From NCBI GenBank assembly GCA_963827165.1, contig CAWGZR010000009.1, positions 64,001-128,000 of the forward strand: a stretch of DNA of 64,000 bases, written 5' to 3'. This DNA comes from Candidatus Bathyarchaeota archaeon (GTDB lineage: Archaea > Thermoproteota > Bathyarchaeia > Bathyarchaeales > Bathycorpusculaceae). Numbering within the stretch: position 1 is the first letter of the stretch; the number at the start of each line of letters is the position of its first letter. This document shows, in pieces, positions 10,545 to 20,459 of this stretch. The translations under genes and the position numbers were made by a program. A model generated the notes under the pieces. That model searched no databases, had not been told where the DNA came from, and saw only the letters and a list, made by a program, of their open reading frames with translations.

Positions 10545-10715
10545 AGTTAACAACACCTTATGACAATAATAATTTCCGGCACGTTTCATATAAACCGTTC
10601 GCGACGCGTTTTGAGCTTGTTCTCCCGCAAATCCTTCGCGGGGATTTTTTGGGTTTTGACTGCAACGCTTAAATGAGTTCGGTCTCCCTAAATTCATGTT
10701 AGAAGGCAGTTTTTT

Positions 10716-11222
10716 TTGAGCGTCAACTCCAATGAAACAGGGCGTTTCGCACACAGTTTGGATGCGGCTAAGAATTACGGTGAAGTCTGGCAGATCGTTA
10801 AGGAAACGGTGCAGTATGCTTTGGGCACAAGAAGAGATAGCATGATGCTGTTTTTGGATGATTTGCCCCTGCAGTTGGGAGCTTACTACCCCGTGGGAAC
10901 CAACAACATCGTTTTGAATAGGGCGCTGGTTGAAATTGTCGAGGCATCCGTAAGCTCCAAGCCAACGGTCAACGCCCTGGTTTACAACCTCCTTTTGCAC
11001 GAGTACCTGCATGCGCTAGGCGACTACACAGAAACTGGAGTCAGACGAGGAGTTGTCGACGTCGCAACGAAATGCTTCGGCCAAGAGCATATCGCGACAG
11101 TTGTTGCCCGCAAAAGTCCATGGGTGCTTCTAAAAGACATCCCGCTTGGGCCACGCACAGGACCTAAACGCGTCATGCAAATCGTTAAAGACTTCGAGAA
11201 AACAAGCAAATACATAGTATAA
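10716..11222 (+). CDS. Small zincin-like metalloprotein
   Basis: LLHEYLHALG HExxH motif. Confidence 0.7.
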   Translation: MSVNSNETGRFAHSLDAAKNYGEVWQIVKETVQYALGTRRDSMMLFLDDLPLQLGAYYPVGTNNIVLNRALVEIVEASVSSKPTVNALVYNLLLHEYLHALGDYTETGVRRGVVDVATKCFGQEHIATVVARKSPWVLLKDIPLGPRTGPKRVMQIVKDFEKTSKYIV

Positions 11223-11308
11223 GTCGGTGATGGCAGATTTCTGCGGAAATTTTTGTTTGTGTTTTGGGTTGCTTTTTTGCGGAAAAGCTTAAATCATCTG
11301 CAGGTTGC

Positions 11309-11398
11309 GTCAACTATAGTCTACTAAAGTCAACAAAAGTCTACTAAAGTCAATAGAAGTCAGCGAAAGTCTACTAACGTCAACTAAAGTCAACAGAC
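11309..11398. repeat. Tandem array of nine 10-bp units, consensus GTC(A/T)ACTAAA
   Basis: gtcaactata gtctactaaa gtcaacaaaa gtctactaaa gtcaatagaa gtcagcgaaa gtctactaac gtcaactaaa gtcaacagac. Confidence 0.85.
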
Positions 11399-11479
11399 GC
11401 ATTTCCCTTCTGTCAGCTAAATTTTTCCGCCAACCCAACGTCGTACCCAGTTATGCGCATTAATTATTTTTAAGCAAAT

Positions 11480-11617
11480 CTATGATGCTCGACGTCTTTG
11501 GATGGTACAACTATCAGTTTCCACATTGATTAGCGCTTGCGGGAAAGTTTCGTTTTCTTCATTGTATCTTTCAGGATGTCTGCGCTTATCACTTACCCAA
11601 GTTACTCTGTTTTCCAT
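11480..11617 (-). CDS. Possible 45-aa small protein (MENRVTWVSDKRRHPERYNEE...)
   Basis: Hand-translated; GGTGA SD upstream of ATG; no recognisable family. Confidence 0.3.
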   Translation of the reverse strand: MENRVTWVSDKRRHPERYNEENETFPQALINVETDSCTIQRRRAS

Positions 11618-11868
11618 TATGTTTCACCCAAAGAGTACAGCATCCCATTAACTATAAGGAGATTGCAGCGTCCCAGGTAAGACAAACATTAACTCAAACA
11701 TCACTTCTGATCTTTCCATCAACAATCAGACCGTTCGATTTCGGTTTCTTGAAGTTCAATTTTTCCATCTTTAACGATTATCGCGTTAACTTTGCCGAAA
11801 AACTCAGTATATCCTATTACCTTATTTTCGGTCATGTATCTTCTATCACTTTTTATCAATTGCAGTAC

Positions 11869-13065
11869 TTAGCCTTTGCCACCTCTGTTCGTTTCTTTAC
11901 GGTATGGAGGGTTTAAGATTTTTCCGCGCTTTGAAGGAGCGGTCATTTTCTTTCTTGCAAACACAATAGATACTAGGATCAATACTGAAACAAGTAACAG
12001 AATTATCCAAAATGAAAACTCCGGAGTAGCAGTTTGCGAAATCAAGCTAAAATATTTGCTTAATGCAGGTTTGGGATTTGAATAAAAATCATATAGACCA
12101 AATGAGGTCGTATTGTAATCGTACAAATTATTGGCGACATTATTATCATTAAGTTCATACCAGAAGTATGCTTTTACGTGCTGAGATTTCAAAAGTGCGT
12201 AACTTGAACTGAGATAATCTGATTGTTCTTGTGGACTGTACGCGATGTCATCATATGGTTCCGAGTATTGTCCGGTTTCTGTAATCCAAACATCTTTTCC
12301 AGTAATCTCAGTAAATTTTCGAAGGGAACTTACATAGGAATCCCCAGCGTATTTTGCAGCATATTTTCCATATGGATAAGCGTGTAAAGCTACAGCATCG
12401 CAGTAGTTCATCCCGCCTAAATTGACGACGGTCTGGGCGAAGTTTTCCGAGTAATCAACCCACGTGTAACCAGATGGATATTGAACCAACGTCGTATTAG
12501 AGGGCCCATCTGTGCTTGTATAAAGGGGTAATCCGCCTAACCCCAGTACGGTAGCGTTTGGATAAACTGATTTAATTATGGGATAAGCGGTGCTCATTAA
12601 TTCTACATACTGTGCTGCAGTTCCATTGAATACGCCAAAGTAATTGGAACTGAAACATGGTTCATTCCATATTTCCCAAGCGGATATTCCGCTTCCATAC
12701 GTAGATATGGCTTCTGTAACTGCGTTTTCCCAATCAATTATTGAGAACGTGTGGTTGAAATTCATCGTCCATTGATCTAAGATTCCTAGAACCTGCAAAT
12801 GATTTTGCTGAGCTAAAGTATAAACAGTATTCCAATTACTCGCGCTTTGATTGAAATCTATATCGTCGCTGACCCAATTAACTCCATTTTCTGCTAATGT
12901 TGCTGCTTGTTCCGCGTTTAATTCATGGCACATTACGCCATTTATCATTGTAGGTGCTTTTTCTTGAGTGGAATTGGATTGGGCTATTAAGGTTGGCTGC
13001 AAAATCGGCATGCCTATCAGGAATAACGTTACAAAACCAATTAGCCCCAGTACACTTCTACGCAT
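11869..13065 (-). CDS. Secreted clan GH-A glycoside hydrolase (GH5/GH39-like) with PEF-CTERM anchor
   Basis: Signal peptide, WEIWNEP acid/base, HAY, WITETG nucleophile; TPEF + TM helix + RKK C-terminus. Confidence 0.8.
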   Translation of the reverse strand: MRRSVLGLIGFVTLFLIGMPILQPTLIAQSNSTQEKAPTMINGVMCHELNAEQAATLAENGVNWVSDDIDFNQSASNWNTVYTLAQQNHLQVLGILDQWTMNFNHTFSIIDWENAVTEAISTYGSGISAWEIWNEPCFSSNYFGVFNGTAAQYVELMSTAYPIIKSVYPNATVLGLGGLPLYTSTDGPSNTTLVQYPSGYTWVDYSENFAQTVVNLGGMNYCDAVALHAYPYGKYAAKYAGDSYVSSLRKFTEITGKDVWITETGQYSEPYDDIAYSPQEQSDYLSSSYALLKSQHVKAYFWYELNDNNVANNLYDYNTTSFGLYDFYSNPKPALSKYFSLISQTATPEFSFWIILLLVSVLILVSIVFARKKMTAPSKRGKILNPPYRKETNRGGKG

Positions 13066-13311
13066 AAAGCTTTAGGCTTGTAAATAACTACTTAATCCTT
13101 CTCTTATTTCATCTCATCCCTGTGTTCAGAAACCTAAACAGGCTCTAAACTTGCTAAAATAAATTTCAGCTAACAAATACACCGATAATACTGCAAATAG
13201 CACGTATTTCAGAGCTTAGTCACGAAATCTGAACGAAAAAATAAGCGCTTAGTCAACAAACCTATACGAAAATCCTTTTATCGCTTTATCGGTTTTAGCA
13301 AATGGAAACGA

Positions 13312-14796
13312 ATGAAAAAGAAAAGAAACGTGGGTACATTAGCATTTGCATTTATTGCTATCTTGTGCCTATCGTTGTTCCCAGCATTTATGCCGAAGGT
13401 GAATGCTAAACAATCTTCCGGCGTTGGAGGTCCAACAGTCACTCAACTGTGGAAATTCACACCGATTTCGAGTGAAGTCTATACGCCTGTTGTAAAAGAT
13501 GGCTTCGTTTACGTGACCTCTCAGGACTATGGAGGTCTTCCTACAGGCATCATCTGCATTGGCGCTTCTACAGGCAATCAAATATGGAACCAAACTGGTC
13601 TATTCGACATGTTCACGGTTTCAAACGGCTACATTTACGTTGGCGATCAAAGTGTTGTTTCCTGCTTAAACGCTTACAACGGTGTCCGATTATGGAATTA
13701 TACTACCGGCAACGCAGTTTCTTCATCGCCTGTTGTTGTTGGAAGCACGGTCTTCGTTGATGGCTACAACCTTAACGGCAGAGGCGGCTTAGTTTATGCT
13801 TTTAACTCATCAACAGGAAAAGAAATATGGAGCTACTCAAGCCCAGCAGGCACACGTTTCGGTCCAATAAGTTTTACTCAAAACGGTAATGTTCTCGAAA
13901 CTTCTCTTGTAGTTTCGAGCGGATATGTATATGCAGTTAGCAGCGGTACTGTTTTCGCATTAAATGCTTCCACAGGCGAAGAAATATGGAACTACACAAC
14001 TTCAGGTCAGTTGAGTTCTCTTATTGCGGAGGGAAACAAAGTCTTTGTCAACTGCAACTACGCCAATGCCACCACTAATACGGAAGGAGACCTGCTTGCT
14101 CTTGAAGCTCAAAACGGCTTATTAATATGGAACCACACAAGCTCATATTCTGTTGGCTCATCCATATTTGCAAACGAGACTGTTTACGTTGTCTCGAGCA
14201 GCGATTTTGTGTATGCTCTTAATGCTTTAAATGGCGCAGTCATCTGGAATTATACAACCGACTCGAGCCTTGGTTCTGCCTTAATTGCCAACGATTATCT
14301 CTATGTCGCCTCTTCTGCAGGCGTGATCTGCTTTGATGCATCAAATGGTACAGTAATTTGGAACTTTGAAGCCCCTGACTTCGCTGATTCTTATGCTACT
14401 AATCCAACGTATGTTGACGGCGTAGTTTATGTGGGTTGGAATGGTCCAATGTTTTTTTCGCCTGTCACTCAGCATAATTTTTATGCACTTGATGGGTTGA
14501 GCGGCAAGAAGCTTTGGAACTACACAATTGGATCCACTGTCGCCTCTACTCCTGTGGTCGTCGGTGGCACCGTTTATATAGCCTCCAATTTCCTAACCGC
14601 CCAAAGCCCTGATTTGGTAGGAGCAGGTGCTGTTTTAGCTCTAAAACCGGAAATGAGATCTTCGCCATTTTCAACAACCGATGCCGCAATAATCGTGATA
14701 GTCATAGCCCTGATTCTAATTTCAACAGCCGTTTTCATGCATCGAAAAAAATTGAAAACTAAGCCTCACTGCCCAATGTCTCAACTACAAGGCTGA
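13312..14796 (+). CDS. PQQ-binding-like beta-propeller surface protein
   Basis: Repeated ALNAxTGxxIWNY motifs, signal peptide, C-terminal TM + basic tail. Confidence 0.88.
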   Translation: MKKKRNVGTLAFAFIAILCLSLFPAFMPKVNAKQSSGVGGPTVTQLWKFTPISSEVYTPVVKDGFVYVTSQDYGGLPTGIICIGASTGNQIWNQTGLFDMFTVSNGYIYVGDQSVVSCLNAYNGVRLWNYTTGNAVSSSPVVVGSTVFVDGYNLNGRGGLVYAFNSSTGKEIWSYSSPAGTRFGPISFTQNGNVLETSLVVSSGYVYAVSSGTVFALNASTGEEIWNYTTSGQLSSLIAEGNKVFVNCNYANATTNTEGDLLALEAQNGLLIWNHTSSYSVGSSIFANETVYVVSSSDFVYALNALNGAVIWNYTTDSSLGSALIANDYLYVASSAGVICFDASNGTVIWNFEAPDFADSYATNPTYVDGVVYVGWNGPMFFSPVTQHNFYALDGLSGKKLWNYTIGSTVASTPVVVGGTVYIASNFLTAQSPDLVGAGAVLALKPEMRSSPFSTTDAAIIVIVIALILISTAVFMHRKKLKTKPHCPMSQLQG

Positions 14797-14916
14797 TTAA
14801 CAATGAAAATGGAATCTATGGATTTGGAGGATTGGCAGGTTGAGTCAAAAAATCGACAGAACCCCATCAAATCCAGAAAAATGCGTACACAAAGCGTATC
14901 AAGGTTTCAAAAGTTA

Positions 14917-15333
14917 TCAGGTTTCTTTTTCGTTGATCGCCATAATTGAAAACTTTATCTGCTTTACAGGTTTGTTTGCTTTCAACCCGTCAATTAAGCC
15001 TCTAAGCCTCTCTGAGGAGCCCTTGACAACCATGACTTCAAGGCAACTTGTCTCCGACAGATGCGCATGCAAATATGCGGTAATCATATCGTCAAACTCA
15101 TGCTGAAGCTTGAAAAGCTCCTTGTTTTGCTCCGCCTTATCGTAGAGAACCGTGATTGTCGCTATGACGTTTCCCCGGATTTTCTCCAGTTCACTGTACT
15201 GCGTGAGATACATTCGGACTGCTTGTCGGACAACTTCGGATCGATTTGCGCTTCGGTCTTCGCCCAAAACCGTGTCCAGCTCTTCAAGCAGCTCACTTGG
15301 TAATGAAAGACTGATAATGCTCACATAATTCAC
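14917..15333 (-). CDS. nikR: NikR-family ribbon-helix-helix metal-responsive regulator
   Basis: ISLSLP..LLEELD, NRSEVVRQAVR, QH and HAH-x5-CLEV metal ligands. Confidence 0.85.
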   Translation of the reverse strand: MNYVSIISLSLPSELLEELDTVLGEDRSANRSEVVRQAVRMYLTQYSELEKIRGNVIATITVLYDKAEQNKELFKLQHEFDDMITAYLHAHLSETSCLEVMVVKGSSERLRGLIDGLKANKPVKQIKFSIMAINEKET

Positions 15334-15500
15334 CCTAAGCTTAATTTCTTCTTTCTATTGGGTTTGCTTGACTTAAATATTGCCATTTTAATTTGTAAGA
15401 ATCAGGCGTTTCCCACGCAGGCAAGAAAATTGCCTAAAATTGCTTTATCGTTTTAAGTAAGTGATTTTGACTTGTTTCTTAAAAAAGACTGATTTTTTCG

Positions 15501-15528
15501 TTATTAAAAAAAACACAAAACTTAATAA
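15501..15528. promoter_or_regulatory. Putative NikR operator TTATTA-N16-TAATAA overlapping the likely TATA box of the ABC operon
   Basis: Perfect inverted repeat with 6-16-6 geometry, 32 bp upstream of ATG 15560. Confidence 0.55.
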
Positions 15529-15559
15529 AGTCTCTGAGAGTTCAAATATGTGGAAATAA

Positions 15560-16492
15560 ATGAAAAAAACTACCTATATAATAGTCGCAGTTTTGGTCAT
15601 AGTAATTGTACTTGCAGCCTTCATAGGCTTTTACCTCTCAGGCAACCCTAATGCAAACTCAAATTCAACGTCCAACGTCATAAAAGTAGTTGCCGCCGAA
15701 AATTTTTGGGGCAGCTTGGTAACTCAACTTGGCGGAACGCGCGTTAGTGTAACGAGTATCGTTTCAGACCCAAATACTGATCCTCATGAATACGAAAGCA
15801 ATGCAGCCAACGCCGTGGCAATTGCAAATGCCCAATTTGTTATAGTCAACGGAGCCGGATATGACACCTGGGCGCTACAACTTATAGCTGCAAGCAATAC
15901 TCCACATCAAGTAGTTTTAAACGTACAAGAGCTCATTGGCCAACCAGTTGGTGCCAATCCTCACTTCTGGTACAGCCCTACATATGTGAATGAAACAGTG
16001 GCAGCTATGTATAACAACCTTGTATCCATGGATCCCTCTCACACATCATATTATACCCAGCAGTATGCTGCATTAAATGCATCTCTTGGAGTATACATGG
16101 CACGCGAGGCTGAGATAAAGCAACAGTTCGGAGGCGTAAAAGTGGCGTCAACAGAGAGCATTTTTGAATATATGGCAACCCCTTGCGGTCTCGATTTAGT
16201 TTCTCCTCCAGCTTTCATGGAAGCAGTAGCTGAAGGAAACGATCCCCCAGCGCAGAGTATCGTGCAGTTCCAGAACCTGATTACAAACGGAACTGTTACA
16301 GTGTTGGTCTACAATGAGCAGACAGTTACGCCGCTTACGCAGAGCATCAAGGCACTAGCTGCCCAACAAGGGATTCCAATCGTCGGCGTAACAGAGACCA
16401 TACAACCACCCGATGTCGCGTTCCAAGTCTGGATGGAGTCAGAGTTAATCACTCTTCAAAACGCACTAAACGCAAACGCTCTGGGGCAATAG
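15560..16492 (+). CDS. Metal ABC transporter substrate-binding protein (TroA/ZnuA/PsaA family)
   Basis: DPHEYE, NPHFW motifs; N-terminal membrane anchor. Confidence 0.9.
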   Translation: MKKTTYIIVAVLVIVIVLAAFIGFYLSGNPNANSNSTSNVIKVVAAENFWGSLVTQLGGTRVSVTSIVSDPNTDPHEYESNAANAVAIANAQFVIVNGAGYDTWALQLIAASNTPHQVVLNVQELIGQPVGANPHFWYSPTYVNETVAAMYNNLVSMDPSHTSYYTQQYAALNASLGVYMAREAEIKQQFGGVKVASTESIFEYMATPCGLDLVSPPAFMEAVAEGNDPPAQSIVQFQNLITNGTVTVLVYNEQTVTPLTQSIKALAAQQGIPIVGVTETIQPPDVAFQVWMESELITLQNALNANALGQ

Positions 16493-16495
16493 ACA

Positions 16496-17293
16496 ATGAC
16501 CACTCAATACGGGATTATCACCGCCGCGCATCTGGTTGCCGGCTACCCTGGCAACATAGTTTGGAAGGACGCAAGCTTCACCATTAATCGCGGCGAGTTC
16601 GTAGCGGTTATCGGCCCAAACGGAGCAGGCAAAACAACTATGTTTCGTTTACTCCTCGGGTTGCAAAAACCCATCAGCGGCACCCTCAAGATATTCGATG
16701 AAGCCCCTAAACGCGGCAATCCCCAGATTGGTTACGTACCCCAGCGACACATATTTGACGGTGAAACAAGTGTTGAAGCTTTTGAACTTGTGCGACTGGG
16801 AGCCTCCGGCACACAGTGGGGCCTAGGTCTGTTATCCAAAAAAGACCATAAAGCTGCTTTAAACGCGCTGGAAGCTGTTGACGCGACAGGTTTGGCTCAT
16901 CGTTCCCTCAGCGTGTTGTCAGGCGGAGAACTGCAGAAAATATTTCTAGCCGAGGCACTTGTAAGCAACCCCTCTATCCTATTGCTTGACGAACCTCTGT
17001 CGAATCTTGACATGCGACGCGAGAGAGAACTGCTGCAGCTTATCCACAAAGTAGTTCAATCACGCAACGTAACTGCAATGCTAATAGCACATAACATCAA
17101 CCCTCTTTTACCATACCTCGATAAAGTGGTCTACATCGCTAACGGTAAAGTGGCGACTGGAATGCCACAAGAAGTCCTTACCTCAGAATGTCTCTCGGAT
17201 TTGTTCGGAGTACACGTCGAAGTTCTCAAAGATTCGAGAGGTAACATCGCAATCGTAGGAATAGAAGACTGCCACGGGTGCCAAACAGAATGA
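16496..17293 (+). CDS. Metal ABC transporter ATP-binding protein
   Basis: GPNGAGKT, GYVPQ, LSGGE, LLDEP. Confidence 0.93.
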   Translation: MTTQYGIITAAHLVAGYPGNIVWKDASFTINRGEFVAVIGPNGAGKTTMFRLLLGLQKPISGTLKIFDEAPKRGNPQIGYVPQRHIFDGETSVEAFELVRLGASGTQWGLGLLSKKDHKAALNALEAVDATGLAHRSLSVLSGGELQKIFLAEALVSNPSILLLDEPLSNLDMRRERELLQLIHKVVQSRNVTAMLIAHNINPLLPYLDKVVYIANGKVATGMPQEVLTSECLSDLFGVHVEVLKDSRGNIAIVGIEDCHGCQTE

Positions 17294-18186
17294 GCTTAAC
17301 AGCATTGTCTACTTTATCGTCAACCTTCAGTTTCAATCCAATTGTCGATCTGCAACGGATTTTTCAATTTGCCTTCATGCAGCACGCCTATGAGGCAGGA
17401 ACAGTCGTCGCAATTATCGCGGGCATTGTCGGCTATTTCATTGTGATTCGGCGTTCCTCATTCGCAGCGCATGCACTTTCCCACGTTGGTTTCAGTGGGG
17501 GGGCGTTTGCCGTATTAATCGGAGTTAGTCCCATTTATGGTCTTCTCGTGTTCACAAGTATTGGCGGACTTGCGATGGCTGCGCTTGGTAGGCGTGCTGC
17601 CTCGCGTGACGTTCAGATTGGAACAGTTCTCGCATTCATGCTCGGTCTAGGAGTGTTGTTCCTCAGCCTCTATACTGGTTATGCAACTGAAGCGTACTCG
17701 ATCTTGTTTGGAGAAATATTAGGCGTTAGTTATAGCGCTGTTCTTTTAACCCTCATTGCCGGTGCGGCAATTCTGGTTGTCACCGCGGTGGTATATCGAC
17801 CGCTCCTTTTTTCATCGCTTGATGAAGATGTGGCTGAAGCAAAAGGAATGCCAGTACTTTGGCTCGGCGTAATTTTCATGCTTCTGGTAGCAGTAGTAAC
17901 GTCATTTGCTGTTCAGGTCGTTGGCGTCTTGCTCATTTTCGCATTGATGGTCACGCCAGCTGCGACTGCTCAGATGTTGGCAAAACGACCGCGGCAAGTC
18001 ATAATTATTTCTGTAGTCATTGCTCTTCTGGCGACATGGCTGGGGCTTTTTATCGCGTTTTATACACCCTACCCGGTTAGCTTCTTCATATGTGCTAACG
18101 TTTTTATTTTGTATTTGCTTGTCCGATTCGTTTACCCCAAACTAAAGTCCTCGAAAAACACCCAGATTGACAAACCTCAGATTTAG
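17290..18186 (+). CDS. Metal ABC transporter permease (ZnuB/ABC-3 family)
   Basis: HALSH, ILFGEIL, DEDVAEAKG, VGVLL motifs; start at ATG 17290 (ATGA overlap) or 17278. Confidence 0.9.
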   Translation: MSLTALSTLSSTFSFNPIVDLQRIFQFAFMQHAYEAGTVVAIIAGIVGYFIVIRRSSFAAHALSHVGFSGGAFAVLIGVSPIYGLLVFTSIGGLAMAALGRRAASRDVQIGTVLAFMLGLGVLFLSLYTGYATEAYSILFGEILGVSYSAVLLTLIAGAAILVVTAVVYRPLLFSSLDEDVAEAKGMPVLWLGVIFMLLVAVVTSFAVQVVGVLLIFALMVTPAATAQMLAKRPRQVIIISVVIALLATWLGLFIAFYTPYPVSFFICANVFILYLLVRFVYPKLKSSKNTQIDKPQI

Positions 18187-18241
18187 ACCGACAACCAATA
18201 GAAAAGCACCTGCAAACTTTGAGTAAAAAAAATGAAGGGGT

Positions 18242-18814
18242 TTAGTAGTTTTCAACCCAAGCTTCAAAATAGGCTTTCGGATGTGCGCATACGGGGCATT
18301 TTTCTGGCACAGTTTTGCCCTCGAAGACGAAGCCGCAGTTTCTGCATTTCCATTTGATCGGCTGATCTTTACTGAAGACTTTGCCCTGCTGCAGGGTTTC
18401 AAGCAGTTTGTTGTATCTCCGTTCATGGTAAGATTCGACTTTTGCGACCATGCGGAAGGTTGTGCAAACATCTTTGAAGCCTTCACGTTCCGCAACGTCG
18501 GCGAAGTCGGGGTAAAGTTTACCCCACTCAAGTTTCTCCCCCTCTGCTGCCGCCTTAAGGTTTTCAGCGGTTGATCCAGTCATTCCTGCCGGATAGGTGG
18601 CTTTGATTTCAACCATTCCGCCTTTAAGATGATTAAAGAATAGTTGCGCATGCTCTTTCTCGTTGTCTGAGGTTTCTTGGAAGATAGCGGATATCTGCTC
18701 GTATCCTTCTTTTCTCGCTTGGCTAGAGAAAAATGTGTATCTGGTTCTTGCTTGTGATTCGCCTGCGAAAGCTGCTAAGAGGTTCTTTTCAGTTTGGCTA
18801 CCCACAAAATCCAT
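18242..18814 (-). CDS. rbr: Rubrerythrin
   Basis: AFAGESQA, NEKEHA, ESYHE, C-terminal WKCRNCG...CPVC; start re-called at MDFVGS (AAGGAG upstream). Confidence 0.95.
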   Translation of the reverse strand: MDFVGSQTEKNLLAAFAGESQARTRYTFFSSQARKEGYEQISAIFQETSDNEKEHAQLFFNHLKGGMVEIKATYPAGMTGSTAENLKAAAEGEKLEWGKLYPDFADVAEREGFKDVCTTFRMVAKVESYHERRYNKLLETLQQGKVFSKDQPIKWKCRNCGFVFEGKTVPEKCPVCAHPKAYFEAWVENY

Positions 18815-19424
18815 AGTTACAAAACTCCTTAACTCACTTACGGTGCAGTCGAAAAATAAAAGGGTTCCCCGTGGCCTGACGGAAGTCAAAGTATAGGCTT
18901 TTATTTGGGTTGAACTAGATATGTGGTTGCCGAATGATGAGAAGGCATTAGCTTGACATTTATTTGGATGAAAGTTCAGAGTTACTCAGACGGCGACGTC
19001 TGGGAAACTTTATTCAGCGGTTAGCGATAAGGTTTCCCAGGCGAAAACATTACAATTATTTGAAGTTGACTAACTGAAAATGGAAAAGAGAAGTAAAAAG
19101 GTTGTTTGGACCCCAAGAATAGTCCTTTGATACTTTTGGTTGCACACCCCCATGGCATGAGTGGGGACAGTTTACAGTCCGATCCTGCGAGAAGCAATAT
19201 GAATATCAGAATTTGAAATAGGAAAATTTGATCGCTCATATTAATTAATAAAGATTCGCTTGCAATTTTAACGTAAGAAATCGCTTCAATTTAGGAATCG
19301 AATTGTTCAGATTCCGAATATAGAAGTTTCAGTGTTCATAACTCTTTTTTAATACTTACCATCAATCCTGTCCTATGTCACCCAACCGAAGATGGGTTGT
19401 AAAATAGTTTAATTTGAACGCGAA

Positions 19425-19820
19425 ATGGAAAGGAAAAAAATGTTAGAAACAACAAGTGTCATCAAGAACAAAGTAATAATTGAAAACAATTTAATGGCCG
19501 AAGATCAAACAGCAGAAAGAAACGTTAAGACCTTTCTGGATATCGTAATAATGTCATTGCTGAATGGCAAAGCAACATATGGCTACAAAATCATTGCGAT
19601 AGTACACAAAGAGTTTGGCATTTTGCTCAGTCCAGCCACGCTTTACCCATTGCTTCACACATTAGAAGATGAGCAGTTAGTAGAATCCGATTCGGCCGAT
19701 GGGAAAACCTTCTACACATTAACTTTGAAAGGAAAGGCAACGTTTAGGAAGAAATTCATAGCTTATAATTTGTCTACACAAATAATGTGCTCCTTTGTAA
19801 AGAAATGTGGCTCGATCTGA
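19425..19820 (+). CDS. PadR-family wHTH transcriptional regulator
   Basis: TYGYKII...LSPATLYPLLHTLE...YTLTLKG. Confidence 0.88.
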   Translation: MERKKMLETTSVIKNKVIIENNLMAEDQTAERNVKTFLDIVIMSLLNGKATYGYKIIAIVHKEFGILLSPATLYPLLHTLEDEQLVESDSADGKTFYTLTLKGKATFRKKFIAYNLSTQIMCSFVKKCGSI

Positions 19821-19841
19821 ACGCAACCAACGAGGATCAAT

Positions 19842-20459
19842 TCAGATTGCGGGCATCAAAACCTCCTCTGATTGCCCAAGCTCTCTTACCACTTCTTCAA
19901 TTTTGCTCTTTAGAGCATCTATTTTCACGGCGCGAATTAATGCTATCTCAGTAACTAATTGATCTTTTATTAAAACCTGAAGTACGCCGCTTCCATCTTC
20001 TACGGTTTCTTCCGTAATAGTTGACAGACCTTTTATTTTGCATATAGATGTTTCAAACAATAGTTCGGTTGGCTTTTTTCTGAATAGAAAAAATCTTTTG
20101 TTCGTTACATAAAGATATCCTGGTCTCCATGTTCCAGAGACTGATTTTTTTTGGCAAAAATAAGAGGCAAACGTCTTTAGAATAATTTTTTCATTTTCAA
20201 ACAATGGAGCTTCTTCTGAACTTTCCGCCAAAACGGTTCTTCTGATCTGTTCATCCCAAGTTCCCATCATCCCGTAATCTATCATTGTAGTCAACCCCGC
20301 GATTGCAGCTTTTAAGTTGATGCCAATTAATGGAACGCCTGAAACTGAAATTATGATATCTGCATTAAGAATTATACCTTTAACCAAGATTCTGTCAATG
20401 AGGTCAACTAGAGCGCCATCCCTTGAGGGTTGCAAGTTAATCTTCTCCGTAATCAGCAT
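19842..20459 (-). CDS. gvpM: Gas vesicle protein GvpM-like fused to C-terminal PH/GRAM-like domain
   Basis: LVDLIDRILVKG...PLIGINLKAAIAGLTTMIDYG..WD (GvpA-family, GvpM type); GYLYVTNKRFFLF PH/GRAM-like motif; true start likely TTG 20435. Confidence 0.75.
   Translation of the reverse strand: MLITEKINLQPSRDGALVDLIDRILVKGIILNADIIISVSGVPLIGINLKAAIAGLTTMIDYGMMGTWDEQIRRTVLAESSEEAPLFENEKIILKTFASYFCQKKSVSGTWRPGYLYVTNKRFFLFRKKPTELLFETSICKIKGLSTITEETVEDGSGVLQVLIKDQLVTEIALIRAVKIDALKSKIEEVVRELGQSEEVLMPAI

Noticed and set aside
10545-11012. Long N-terminal extension of the 264-aa thioredoxin ORF
   Set aside because: It overlaps the HExxH gene on the opposite strand, and a normal-length thioredoxin starts at 10544 with an SD
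11309-11398. 10-bp array as a CRISPR
   Set aside because: Units are contiguous, too short and lack unique spacers; no cas genes
18815-19239. Rubrerythrin N-terminal extension and ORF 19021-19239
   Set aside because: The SD supports the 18814 start, and the 72-aa ORF lacks coding features
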